Virus record (IMG/VR): IMGVR_UViG_3300043774_000134
Span: 2,559-66,558 of that record
Length of the DNA: 64,000 bases
Direction: 5' to 3' (one strand)
DNA from: a virus
How positions within the stretch are numbered: position 1 is the stretch's first letter; each line of letters opens with the position of its first letter. A program made the translations under genes and the position numbers. Positions 52,260 through 60,108 of this stretch are shown here, one piece after another. Under the pieces are notes generated by a model. The model searched no databases. It was given only the letters and a program-made list of their open reading frames with translations, and was not told the origin of the DNA.

Positions 52260-52346
52260 ATGGAAATCGTAATCGTAATCATGTGGTCGCTTGCTCTCGC
52301 ACCATTCGCATACATTGCTGTATCGTACTGGTGGAGTGGTCGCTAG
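52260..52346 (+). CDS. Membrane micropeptide (28 aa)
   Basis: MEIVIVIMWSLALAPFAYIAVSYWWSGR. Confidence 0.6.
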   Translation: MEIVIVIMWSLALAPFAYIAVSYWWSGR

Positions 52347-52406
52347 TTTCACTGTCAGACCCTACTGCTATACTCTAACTAACAAACAAAAAGAATGGAT
52401 AACAAA

Positions 52407-52532
52407 ATGTCAGAAGAAACTCGAATGCTAACAAGCCTTATCATTGGTGGAGGTCTTTGTGCCTTCGTCTTCATCGGTATCATCGCAATGGCTATTGCGG
52501 CTACCTACTACGGAAAGAAAGAGGGTAAGTAA
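52407..52532 (+). CDS. Membrane micropeptide (41 aa)
   Basis: MSEETRMLTSLIIGGGLCAFVFIGIIAMAIAATYYGKKEGK. Confidence 0.65.
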   Translation: MSEETRMLTSLIIGGGLCAFVFIGIIAMAIAATYYGKKEGK

Positions 52533-52533
52533 T

Positions 52534-52680
52534 ATGACTACCACTACTAAGACTTGCTACCTATGCTATACCCCTGGTATGCCTGATGTACCTGCTGTAG
52601 AGTATTCGCCCTATGGCTACCCTGCCTGTGCTAGCCACTATGCTAGTGACTTTGATGAGTTTGCTAGCGATTATTCGTAA
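52534..52680 (+). CDS. Small zinc-binding protein
   Basis: MTTTTKTCYLC..CASH; true start inside tracked ORF 52444. Confidence 0.65.
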   Translation: MTTTTKTCYLCYTPGMPDVPAVEYSPYGYPACASHYASDFDEFASDYS

Positions 52681-52850
52681 TCACGGCGTGTCGCCTTGAC
52701 ATTCCCCCGATTTTGGGCGCCGCCTGTGGATAACTTTGTGGATAACTCTGTTACGGAACCGTTATAAAATCTTCCCGATTGGTGGAAAAAGTAGGGGTCA
52801 AATGTCAGTGGGTCGTGTTAGTCTGTTTACAGATAGAAAGGAAAAAGCAA

Positions 52851-52961
52851 ATGGGATTTATGAAAATCATCACCGCTGAAGGTGTACAAGACATTGAGAC
52901 TATGACGGTTGAGCAATTGCTCGGTCTTCAGGTCGCCCTAATGGCAGAAAAAGATAAATAA
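52851..52961 (+). CDS. Small hypothetical protein (36 aa)
   Basis: MGFMKIITAEG..; GAAAGGAA SD. Confidence 0.65.
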   Translation: MGFMKIITAEGVQDIETMTVEQLLGLQVALMAEKDK

Positions 52962-53035
52962 CTTTTTTTCGCAAACACGGCGTGTCGTCTTGACAAATCG
53001 TAGAATGTGTGATTAGATAGTAATATAAATAAACA

Positions 53036-53128
53036 GAGAGAGAATGAGCCTCAGAGAATGAGCCTTAGCAAATAATCCCGATAGGGTGAGCCTAAGCAAA
53101 TAAGTCTCAGAGCAAATAAGTCTCTCTC
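53036..53128 (+). ncRNA. Candidate structured RNA with three UGAGCC/AGCAAAUAA modules
   Basis: Closing stem GAGAGAGA/TCTCTCTC; inner GAGA/TCTC and CCC-GATA-GGG; TTGACA-N17 promoter upstream. Confidence 0.55.
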
Positions 53129-53146
53129 ACTAAGAAAGGTAAACTA

Positions 53147-53311
53147 ATGGAATATGTAAACAAGACTCCCCTAATGGATGAGGTATTGGAAGCCGTTATG
53201 GCTAAGTATGGCTACGAGACTAAGTCTCAGGCATACCCCTTCGTAATCGGTATGGCTACCGAATGTATCTCAGTCGAATCGTTTAGCCGTATGCTAGACG
53301 CACTAAAGTAA
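53147..53311 (+). CDS. Small hypothetical protein (54 aa)
   Basis: MEYVNKTPLMDEVL..; AGAAAGG SD. Confidence 0.7.
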   Translation: MEYVNKTPLMDEVLEAVMAKYGYETKSQAYPFVIGMATECISVESFSRMLDALK

Positions 53312-53328
53312 AGAAAGGAAAACTCAAA

Positions 53329-53466
53329 ATGAAAATTTGTGAAGTTTGTGAAAAGTCTGTAGAGACTGTGTTCGTGTCCGCTTATGGCGAATGGCTTATC
53401 TGTAAGCCTTGCCTTATCTCTGAGCGTTTCGCAATTATGCGTAGCGAGGGTGAGTTTGCTAGTTAG
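53329..53466 (+). CDS. Small CxxC-CxxC zinc finger protein
   Basis: MKICEVC..ICKPC; SD. Confidence 0.7.
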   Translation: MKICEVCEKSVETVFVSAYGEWLICKPCLISERFAIMRSEGEFAS

Positions 53467-53682
53467 CAGACTACCCCCAGGGATCCCCGACATATACCAA
53501 TTTTAGAATACACGGCGTGTCGGTTTGCGTATTCCCAAAAAATCGGCGCCCCCCTGTGGATAACTTATCAACAGTTTACGTTGGACTACAAAAATGCCTC
53601 AAACTTTTTTCAGACTTATCGGCGTGTCGTGGTTTCATTGTCGGTGGGTCGTGCTAGGCTGAGGGTAACGAAAGGAAAACTA

Positions 53683-53889
53683 ATGGAAACTAGAACACAA
53701 AAGGCTAAGGGCTTCGTCGGTAAGACTGTCCGCTTCACTAGCAAGCCTCGCCCATTCGGTCCAGCCTACACCTATGAGGGTCTGGTCGTAAAGGTAAAGG
53801 GTCTGAACGCTGACGGCTCAGAGATTCACTTTGAGGACGGTCGAAAGACTTTCTACAACTGGGGAGTGTCCGCCGAGATTCTCTCTTAG
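53683..53889 (+). CDS. Small beta-barrel-like hypothetical protein
   Basis: METRTQKAKGFVGKTVRF..; AACGAAAGGAAAACTAATG. Confidence 0.75.
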   Translation: METRTQKAKGFVGKTVRFTSKPRPFGPAYTYEGLVVKVKGLNADGSEIHFEDGRKTFYNWGVSAEILS

Positions 53890-53939
53890 AGTGTCGGTGG
53901 CTACCCCTATACTGTAATCATAACGAAAGGAAAACTAAA

Positions 53940-54110
53940 ATGGAATGTGAAATCTGTGACTACCGTCAGGCACTTGAGGTGCTTCAGTATGACACCGAAA
54001 TTGCTGAGTTGGAGTTTGTGGCTGTGTGCCAGAACTGCCACGACGCTATCGTGTGCGATAAGTTGGAAACTCAATTCGCTATCGTTGATATCTTCCCGAT
54101 TGCAGACTAG
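53940..54110 (+). CDS. Small CxxC-CxxC zinc finger protein
   Basis: MECEIC..VCQNC; promoter + SD. Confidence 0.7.
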   Translation: MECEICDYRQALEVLQYDTEIAELEFVAVCQNCHDAIVCDKLETQFAIVDIFPIAD

Positions 54111-54118
54111 GAGAAAAA

Positions 54119-54250
54119 ATGGAACGCTCACCGCTTTATTATTTTGTCCGTGGCGTGTGTCGGTTTATTGTTCAAATCGGCATAGCCATAGGCGTATTGT
54201 TTTCTGCCTATTGGTTCATTCTTCTGTTTTGGGCAACCTTCTACCCCTAG
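54119..54250 (+). CDS. Membrane micropeptide (43 aa)
   Basis: MERSPLYYFVRGVCRFIVQIGIAIGVLFSAYWFILLFWATFYP; AGGAG SD. Confidence 0.65.
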   Translation: MERSPLYYFVRGVCRFIVQIGIAIGVLFSAYWFILLFWATFYP

Positions 54251-54386
54251 GAAAATGGATCGACCCTATCGGCGTGTCGGCTTGACAAATGTCGGTGGGG
54301 GCGGCGCCGCCCACCGTTACCTATTTGTTATTAAGGAATACGAAAAAAATGCCTCAAATGTCAGAGTGGTGTGGTAGGGTTTAGGT

Positions 54387-54746
54387 ATGAAGAAATGCTC
54401 GAAGTGCGAACAGACCCTCGCTCACTCCTCGTTCTCTCCCTCCTCTGGTGGGAAGTATCTGCGACCTGAGTGTCGTGACTGTGGTCGCAAGTTGGCTAAT
54501 GAGCGTCGTGCTTTGCGTAAAGAGTATGGCTACCCCGAATCAGGACACACCTGCCCTATCTGTCTAAAGTCAGAAGATGAACTCAAGGGGACAGGTGGCA
54601 ACGCTTCCATTTGGGTAGTAGACCACGACCACGGTACAGGTGCATTCCGTGGACACATCTGCCACAACTGCAACCGTGGCTTGGGTGTGTTCCAAGATGA
54701 CCTAGACCGTATCGCTAGGGCAATGGAATATTTGCAAAACGCCTAG
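54387..54746 (+). CDS. Endonuclease VII-family (HNH-like) nuclease, leaderless
   Basis: [26 protein letters not shown]; N-terminal CxxC..CxxC. Confidence 0.88.
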   Translation: MKKCSKCEQTLAHSSFSPSSGGKYLRPECRDCGRKLANERRALRKEYGYPESGHTCPICLKSEDELKGTGGNASIWVVDHDHGTGAFRGHICHNCNRGLGVFQDDLDRIARAMEYLQNA

Positions 54747-54875
54747 CCAGGACTTGACAGTTCGCTAGGGATCGGCGCCCCCCTTCGTTACCAAAACGTT
54801 ATTAAGTAAGTTACGAAAAACCTTGTAAATGTCGGAGGCTCGTGTTAGTCTTGTATTACAACGAAAGGATAACTA

Positions 54876-55097
54876 ATGATTTTTGAGCCTGTCTTCGGTG
54901 AAGACTTTGAGATTGTCGCCTACCTTGACGACCTCGGCAACGAGTGGACTGTTGAGGAAACCCAGGACTACTGGAATGTTTCTGGCAACTCGCTTGAGTC
55001 GCAAGACTATGAGCCTGACGAGTCTTGGTGGGATGCCGACGCTATTGCCTCTGCTGGCTGGGGAACCGACGAGGACTACGGATACTACGGAGAGTAG
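54876..55097 (+). CDS. Hyper-acidic small protein
   Basis: 21 D/E and no K/R/H in 73 aa; DADAIASAGWGTDEDYG. Confidence 0.8.
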   Translation: MIFEPVFGEDFEIVAYLDDLGNEWTVEETQDYWNVSGNSLESQDYEPDESWWDADAIASAGWGTDEDYGYYGE

Positions 55098-55144
55098 GCG
55101 AGGGCGCCGATCTCGCTGTCGGTGGCTCATGTTATAGTCATTAT

Positions 55145-55366
55145 ATGAACGAATACGAAACCCTTGAAATCCTGTCCGAATACGAAGCAAAGGCTAACTA
55201 TGATGCCTTACTAGACGAGTGCTACCCTATCGTGTCTATTGGTTACTCAGAGTTTTATCCCTCAACGGTACTCAAAGAGTGTGACCCAATCGCATATCGC
55301 TGTGGCTTTGCTGACTATGTAGACTCATTAGCAGAAGAGGGAACTATGGTCGAGGGCTACTGCTAG
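55145..55366 (+). CDS. Acidic hypothetical protein, leaderless
   Basis: MNEYETLEIL..LDECYP..LKECDPIAYRCGF. Confidence 0.8.
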   Translation: MNEYETLEILSEYEAKANYDALLDECYPIVSIGYSEFYPSTVLKECDPIAYRCGFADYVDSLAEEGTMVEGYC

Positions 55367-55476
55367 GGGGGGCGGCGCCGCCGCTTCGTTACCATTTTGT
55401 TATACGAAACGCCCTCTAAATGCCCTAGAATGTCGGTGGTCACTGCTACACTGTTTATATAACGAAAGGAAAACTA

Positions 55477-55623
55477 ATGCCAGAATGTGAAGTATGCCAG
55501 CACCGTGATTCGGTCTACATGGTAGATGTTGACTATGGTCGCATTATTCTTGTTTGTGCTACCTGTATCAACATCTTCCCCGATGGAGTAATCGTGGCTG
55601 AGGCAGATACCCGACTCATTTGA
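55477..55623 (+). CDS. Small CxxC-CxxC zinc finger protein
   Basis: MPECEVC..VCATC; consensus SD. Confidence 0.7.
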   Translation: MPECEVCQHRDSVYMVDVDYGRIILVCATCINIFPDGVIVAEADTRLI

Positions 55624-55669
55624 GTGTCAGTGGTCACTGCTAAAATAGAAACATAACGAAAGGAAAACT

Positions 55670-55840
55670 ATGGAATACAAATATGTAACTGTATCAGTCT
55701 CACTGCTTGAGAACTTGGTGCGACTGAATCGTGAAGACCAGGCACGATGCAAAGAAATGGGTCTTCGTGAAATGGAACAATGGCACGAGGGTCGTGCTAT
55801 GGCTTTTGAGTTTATTCTCTCTGAGTTTGCAAACAACTAA
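55670..55840 (+). CDS. Small hypothetical protein (56 aa)
   Basis: MEYKYVTVSVSLLE..; consensus SD. Confidence 0.7.
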   Translation: MEYKYVTVSVSLLENLVRLNREDQARCKEMGLREMEQWHEGRAMAFEFILSEFANN

Positions 55841-55858
55841 CGAAAGGCAAGAACTAAA

Positions 55859-56041
55859 ATGATGACACGCAAAGACTATGTATTTACCGCTGATGTAATC
55901 AACGATATGTATCACTTTTCACACGCTACCGATAAAGAAATTGAGAATATGTCAATCGCTTTTGCTGATTACTTTAGCAATGACAATGAGCGTTTTGACC
56001 GTAAGATTTTCTTCAACGCTTGCTACCGAGAGAAGGACTAA
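55859..56041 (+). CDS. Conserved-type small phage protein
   Basis: MTRKDY..A..F..DN.RFD..F..AC pattern. Confidence 0.75.
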   Translation: MMTRKDYVFTADVINDMYHFSHATDKEIENMSIAFADYFSNDNERFDRKIFFNACYREKD

Positions 56042-56170
56042 ATGAGTATGCTCCCATTGTTCGCATTTATGTTTGGGGTCATTGTGTTTGACACGGTAGT
56101 GATTCTCTACCTGTATGCCAAATACAAGAATGCTAAGTATGAGGCATATCTAAACCGACCACCCTTCTAG
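56042..56170 (+). CDS. Membrane micropeptide (42 aa)
   Basis: MSMLPLFAFMFGVIVFDTVVILYLYAKYK.. Confidence 0.6.
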   Translation: MSMLPLFAFMFGVIVFDTVVILYLYAKYKNAKYEAYLNRPPF

Positions 56171-56262
56171 GAGGGGGCGGCGCCCCGATCCGTTATCGGA
56201 ATGTTATTAAGTATCTTACGAAAAATGCCGTGAATGTCAGTGGTCAATGCTAAGATTGAGTT

Positions 56263-56424
56263 ATGAAGAAGAAACCAGCACCCAAGAAGATTCAGAACAC
56301 CGCATACATTATTGCTATGCGAGGTCTGCGTAGTTCCAATGCGGCTACTACGCACGACAATCGACCTAATCGTCAGAGGACTCGTTCAGCAGTCAAGCAG
56401 GTTGCTATTCGGGAGTATGCCTGA
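56263..56424 (+). CDS. Basic small protein, leaderless
   Basis: MKKKPAPKK..MRGLRSSNAATTHDNRPNRQRTRSAVKQVAIREYA. Confidence 0.7.
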   Translation: MKKKPAPKKIQNTAYIIAMRGLRSSNAATTHDNRPNRQRTRSAVKQVAIREYA

Positions 56425-56438
56425 TAGAATAGGATAAT

Positions 56439-56512
56439 GGCTCTGTAGCTCAGTTGGTTAGAGCACTACCCTGTCACGGTAGGGGTCGCCAGTTCAAGTC
56501 TGGTCAGAGTCG
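56439..56512 (+). tRNA. tRNA-Asp(GTC)
   Basis: Acceptor GGCTCTG/CAGAGTC; anticodon arm CTACC-CTGTCAC-GGTAG; TTCAAGT T-loop; no encoded CCA. Confidence 0.95.
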
Positions 56513-56610
56513 CAAATCGAACAAAGGAGTTACTATGTAACAGAGTAAACCAGCCACACTTACCGAAACCTAGGTGTAAAAAAGTAGGGGTGTGGTGTAG
56601 TAAATGTTAT

Positions 56611-56685
56611 TCCCCTTTAGCTCAACGGCAGAGCAACGAGCTGTTAACTCGTAGGTTCTTGGTTCGAATCCAAGAGGGGGAGCCA
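56611..56685 (+). tRNA. tRNA-Asn(GTT)
   Basis: Acceptor TCCCCTT/AGGGGGA; ACGAG-CTGTTAA-CTCGT; TTCGAAT; encoded CCA. Confidence 0.95.
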
Positions 56686-56756
56686 GGATCCAAGGGCGCC
56701 GACCTCACTGTCAGTGGTAGGTGTTACGATAGTATTACTTAGGAAAGGAAAAAATC

Positions 56757-56936
56757 ATGGCTTATGTATCTGAGTATGGTAACTATGGTGGTGAGGGAGT
56801 AATTGTATTCCCAGACTATCAACTTACCCCCGAACAATGGGATGAGTTAGATGTTCTGCCAGACAACGACAAAATGTCGTATGTTAAGGGTATACTAGAT
56901 GAAAACGAACTAGGATATATGGAGTTTAACGACTAA
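56757..56936 (+). CDS. Acidic small hypothetical protein (59 aa)
   Basis: MAYVSEYGNYG..LTPEQWDEL; SD. Confidence 0.7.
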   Translation: MAYVSEYGNYGGEGVIVFPDYQLTPEQWDELDVLPDNDKMSYVKGILDENELGYMEFND

Positions 56937-57127
56937 TGGGAGAAGCAATGAAGCGTGAATCATACATTCCACCTAAAGGAATGACACAAAAAGAGTTCCT
57001 AACTATAGTTGCAAATGACCTAGTAGATATGGTAGTCTTGAAACAGGTAGACTTTACCTATGTGCCAAGTGTTCGTGACTTTATTATCAAACATTCTAAA
57101 TCCCGCCACAGAAAGGTAGCAAAGTGA
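56936..57127 (+). CDS. Hypothetical protein
   Basis: Translationally coupled ORF. Confidence 0.6.
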   Translation: MGEAMKRESYIPPKGMTQKEFLTIVANDLVDMVVLKQVDFTYVPSVRDFIIKHSKSRHRKVAK

Positions 57128-57267
57128 AAAGCAATCCATTTGAGGGAGACGAGCAGGGTATGGAAATTATGGATGCCCTTGACGAATACTATAAGAATCC
57201 CCAAGACTACACATTCCGTGACCTTGAGGAAATCTTCCAAGACCGTGACCCATTCGAGTTTCTCTAA
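57124..57267 (+). CDS. Acidic small hypothetical protein
   Basis: GTG start overlapping the upstream stop; KSNPFEGDEQG..DRDPFEFL. Confidence 0.6.
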   Translation: MKSNPFEGDEQGMEIMDALDEYYKNPQDYTFRDLEEIFQDRDPFEFL

Positions 57268-57275
57268 GGAGCAAA

Positions 57276-57488
57276 ATGAAAAAGTATGATATCACTGCTA
57301 CTGTCAAGCTGTATGACTTTTGTATGCCTGACGACTTTGACCCTGAGAACAATGACGGTGGAGACATCCTAGTCGCCCTTGATATGTATGTAGATGAAAA
57401 GACATATCAAACAGGATGGCGAACATTCGAAGAGACTATGAAGGTGTCTGGCGATTGGGTTAGTGCTACCTATAAGGTAGTCGAGTAG
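57276..57488 (+). CDS. Hypothetical protein
   Basis: AAGGAG SD; 70 aa. Confidence 0.7.
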   Translation: MKKYDITATVKLYDFCMPDDFDPENNDGGDILVALDMYVDEKTYQTGWRTFEETMKVSGDWVSATYKVVE

Positions 57489-57613
57489 TGGAGTTTTTCC
57501 TACTACTCGTGATATCGGTATTGTTGATAGGAGTTATTTTGTTAATCATCTCTCCCCTGATTTTTACCGTGCTGTTTATCATTGAGAGTGTTTTGCAGAG
57601 ACGAAGACACTAG
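57488..57613 (+). CDS. Membrane micropeptide
   Basis: EFFLLLVISVLLIGVILLIISPLIFTVLFII.. Confidence 0.5.
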   Translation: MEFFLLLVISVLLIGVILLIISPLIFTVLFIIESVLQRRRH

Positions 57614-57680
57614 GAAAGATCGGCGCCGCTTTCACTGTCAGTGGGTACTGATACAGTTGTATTACAACGAAAGGGAAAAA

Positions 57681-57809
57681 ATGCCGAACATGAAACTCAC
57701 ACCAACTAGGGCTGGACTTATTTTTGAGTGTGTAGACTGTGGCTCAAAGTTTGAGGCACTTGGCACAGAGGCAGACGAACACGAATGTATGACCGTCTTC
57801 TCATTCTAA
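57681..57809 (+). CDS. Small zinc-binding protein
   Basis: FECVDC..EHEC; SD. Confidence 0.65.
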   Translation: MPNMKLTPTRAGLIFECVDCGSKFEALGTEADEHECMTVFSF

Positions 57810-57855
57810 TGTCGGTGGCTACTGCTAAACTGAAACCCTACGAAAGGAAAAACTA

Positions 57856-58332
57856 ATGGGCTTGGATATGTATCTTGAGGTTCGTCGCACACTTCGTACC
57901 TACACTTGGGATGACCAGTTTGAGAAAATTGACAACCAGTTTGGGCAGTCTCTTGTTGCTCTTGCTGGTATGGAACACTTGGCTGGTCAAGAAAACTCTA
58001 GCGTCAGCATTGAGGTCAATGCAATCTATTGGCGTAAGGTAAACTCTGTTCACCAGTGGTTTGTTGATAACATCGGTGGTGGTGTAGACGAGTGTCAGCG
58101 TATGTATGTCAAACGCAAAGACCTAGAGGACTTGCGTGACTTGGTGAAGGACACTCTCATTCACCGCAACAAGGCTAGCGTTACTCTGCCAACGCAGGGT
58201 GGATTCTTCTTTGGCTCAACCGAGTATGACGAATACTATTGGGGAGATTTGGAATACACGGCTAAGGAGTTAGACCGTGTGCTTGCCAACGCTAAGGAAA
58301 GCGATGACTTCTTCTATCAGGCTTCCTGGTAG
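57856..58332 (+). CDS. Conserved-type phage protein of unknown function
   Basis: MGLDMYL..YWRKVN.VH.WFV..LPT..GFFFGSTEYDEYY..Y.ASW. Confidence 0.85.
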   Translation: MGLDMYLEVRRTLRTYTWDDQFEKIDNQFGQSLVALAGMEHLAGQENSSVSIEVNAIYWRKVNSVHQWFVDNIGGGVDECQRMYVKRKDLEDLRDLVKDTLIHRNKASVTLPTQGGFFFGSTEYDEYYWGDLEYTAKELDRVLANAKESDDFFYQASW

Positions 58333-58458
58333 CAAGACGAGGGGTGCGACTCGATAACGCATGACCCTTCGGGGTCGGCGCCGATCCGTAACCTAATTGT
58401 TACTTACGATATGTCTATTAAGACTCTCACTGTCGGTGGCTGGTGTTATAGTAAAGGT

Positions 58459-59181
58459 ATGACAAAGTTGATTCGTAGCAAAGACCGTAAAGTAACCAAC
58501 GCTGTAACGCCTAACGGCAAGCAAGCCAGTATCGCTAACACTTTTGGTTTGCCTAGCGGAACGGCATTCTCATGTCCAGGTGCTACTAGCGTATGCGAAA
58601 CTATCTGCTACGCTGGCAAGTTGGAAAAAGTCTTCAAGGGTGTGCGTATCAACCTCGAACACAACTGGGCATTAGTCAAAGACGCAGACTACCTAACCAT
58701 GTATAACCTTATCCACGAAATGATTAGCGACTTTGTTTCTGATTGCGAGCGTCGTGGTGCAGAGAAACTATTCCGCATTCACTGGGACGGTGACTTCTTC
58801 AACGAAGACTACACTATCGCATGGCGTGATGTGATTTGTGACTTTCAGGATGTGCAATTCTGGGCATACACACGAAGCGACTTTGCTGTGCCTATCCTGA
58901 TTGACATTCCTAATCTTGGTTTCTACTTCTCAACCGATAGTGCTAACAAAGAATTGGCTATCAGTCTCAAAGAGACTCACGGTATCAAGTTGGCTTACCT
59001 TGCTCAGACATTCGCTATTGGTAAGGCTGACATTCTTGAGATTACTGGTGAGAGTGCTATCCCATGCCCCGAAAATAACAAGAAACTGCCAATGATTAGC
59101 GAAAAGGGTAGTGCCTGTGTTACCTGTGGGCAATGTATCTTCCAACGCAATGACATTCTGTTTTCTGCTACCAAAAAGTAG
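58459..59181 (+). CDS. GP88-family protein (Cys-cluster, radical-SAM-like), leaderless
   Basis: FGLPSG..CPGATSVC...CYA; FRIHWDGDF; FWAYTR. Confidence 0.8.
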   Translation: MTKLIRSKDRKVTNAVTPNGKQASIANTFGLPSGTAFSCPGATSVCETICYAGKLEKVFKGVRINLEHNWALVKDADYLTMYNLIHEMISDFVSDCERRGAEKLFRIHWDGDFFNEDYTIAWRDVICDFQDVQFWAYTRSDFAVPILIDIPNLGFYFSTDSANKELAISLKETHGIKLAYLAQTFAIGKADILEITGESAIPCPENNKKLPMISEKGSACVTCGQCIFQRNDILFSATKK

Positions 59182-59351
59182 CGGAGGGCGGCGCCCCCCC
59201 GATCCAAATCCCTATGTTACGATTAGGTAACAAAAGGCTGAAAAGTGCCATTTGGACTTGCTATTGTCGGTGGTTACTGTCATACTTGATATATCAGCAA
59301 GACCGCTGGTAAATAAGTTGGCTGGCTCGCCAACAGAAAATGAGGAAGCAA

Positions 59352-59492
59352 ATGAATATCGGAGAAACCTTCACCACGCAGAAGTCGGGTGTGACTGGCA
59401 CGATTGCCGAAGTAATCAAGAACGCAAGCGGTTCAGTTCGTGTTCTGCTCACCCTGCCTAACGGCGACAGCCGTTGGACTACCGTCAAGTAG
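59352..59492 (+). CDS. Small beta-rich protein (46 aa)
   Basis: MNIGETFTTQKSGVTGTI..SVRV..RWTTVK. Confidence 0.75.
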   Translation: MNIGETFTTQKSGVTGTIAEVIKNASGSVRVLLTLPNGDSRWTTVK

Positions 59493-59564
59493 TCTAACCC
59501 ATTGTGCTGGGCATCACCCTAAACTGCCCACTCCAAATCAAAAGCCAAATGAAAGGAAAACATA

Positions 59565-60014
59565 ATGGCTCGTTCACTCTCTGTGAAGATTCCCACCGCA
59601 ACGCTTATTGCTGATGTCGAGGCTACGATTGCTAAGATTGAGGAAGATGTTGCTAACTACCCTGCCCTGACCGAGAAGTATCGTGCGGACTCTAAGGCTT
59701 ACAACGACAAGATTGTCCAACTGACGATTGACGCTATCAAGAAGAAGTCTGACCTTATCGGAACTGACTACGGCTCGCCTATTCGTGTGACCTCTGGCTA
59801 CCGAGGCAACTCCGTTCAGATTGAGGTAGACGGTGACGCTCTTGGATTCCCACAGAAGCCTGACGCACCCTCTAACCCTAATGACCGCACCTACTATGGT
59901 CGTGACTACACGACTAAGTTGGACTTGCTGAAGAAGAACCTCAAGGTTCTCAATATGACCAACCAAGAGGAAGTCAATGCCTCCACCTACAATACGGTAA
60001 TGGAACTCCTCTAA
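59565..60014 (+). CDS. Hypothetical protein (149 aa)
   Basis: Consensus SD; biased codon usage. Confidence 0.8.
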   Translation: MARSLSVKIPTATLIADVEATIAKIEEDVANYPALTEKYRADSKAYNDKIVQLTIDAIKKKSDLIGTDYGSPIRVTSGYRGNSVQIEVDGDALGFPQKPDAPSNPNDRTYYGRDYTTKLDLLKKNLKVLNMTNQEEVNASTYNTVMELL

Positions 60015-60053
60015 TGGAAAATGACCTGAGTATGTCTAAGTAAACTGCTCAAG

Positions 60054-60108
60054 CCCCCTATGTGAAGCGTCTGGATAGATTGCTGGTAAACATAGGGGGT
60101 TTCCTTTT
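60054..60108 (+). terminator. Long hairpin + U tract
   Basis: CCCCCTATGT..ACATAGGGGG-TTTCCTTTT. Confidence 0.7.

Larger units (their letters stand above)
50425..53573. promoter_or_regulatory. Ten DnaA-box-like 9-mers in five pairs
   Basis: TTATCCACA or close variants at 50425, 50437, 52070, 52080, 52103, 52113, 52725, 52737, 53555, 53565. Confidence 0.75.
51624..54279 (+). promoter_or_regulatory. Seven CGGCGTGTCG elements just upstream of the -35 position
   Basis: 51624, 52180, 52684, 52978, 53513, 53620, 54270. Confidence 0.8.

Noticed and set aside
53947-54285. Tracked 112-aa plus-strand ORF
   Set aside because: SD-supported genes 53940-54110 and 54119-54250 in other frames explain the region better.
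56541-56600. Hammerhead ribozyme in the tRNA spacer
   Set aside because: CGAAAC is present but no CUGANGA core.
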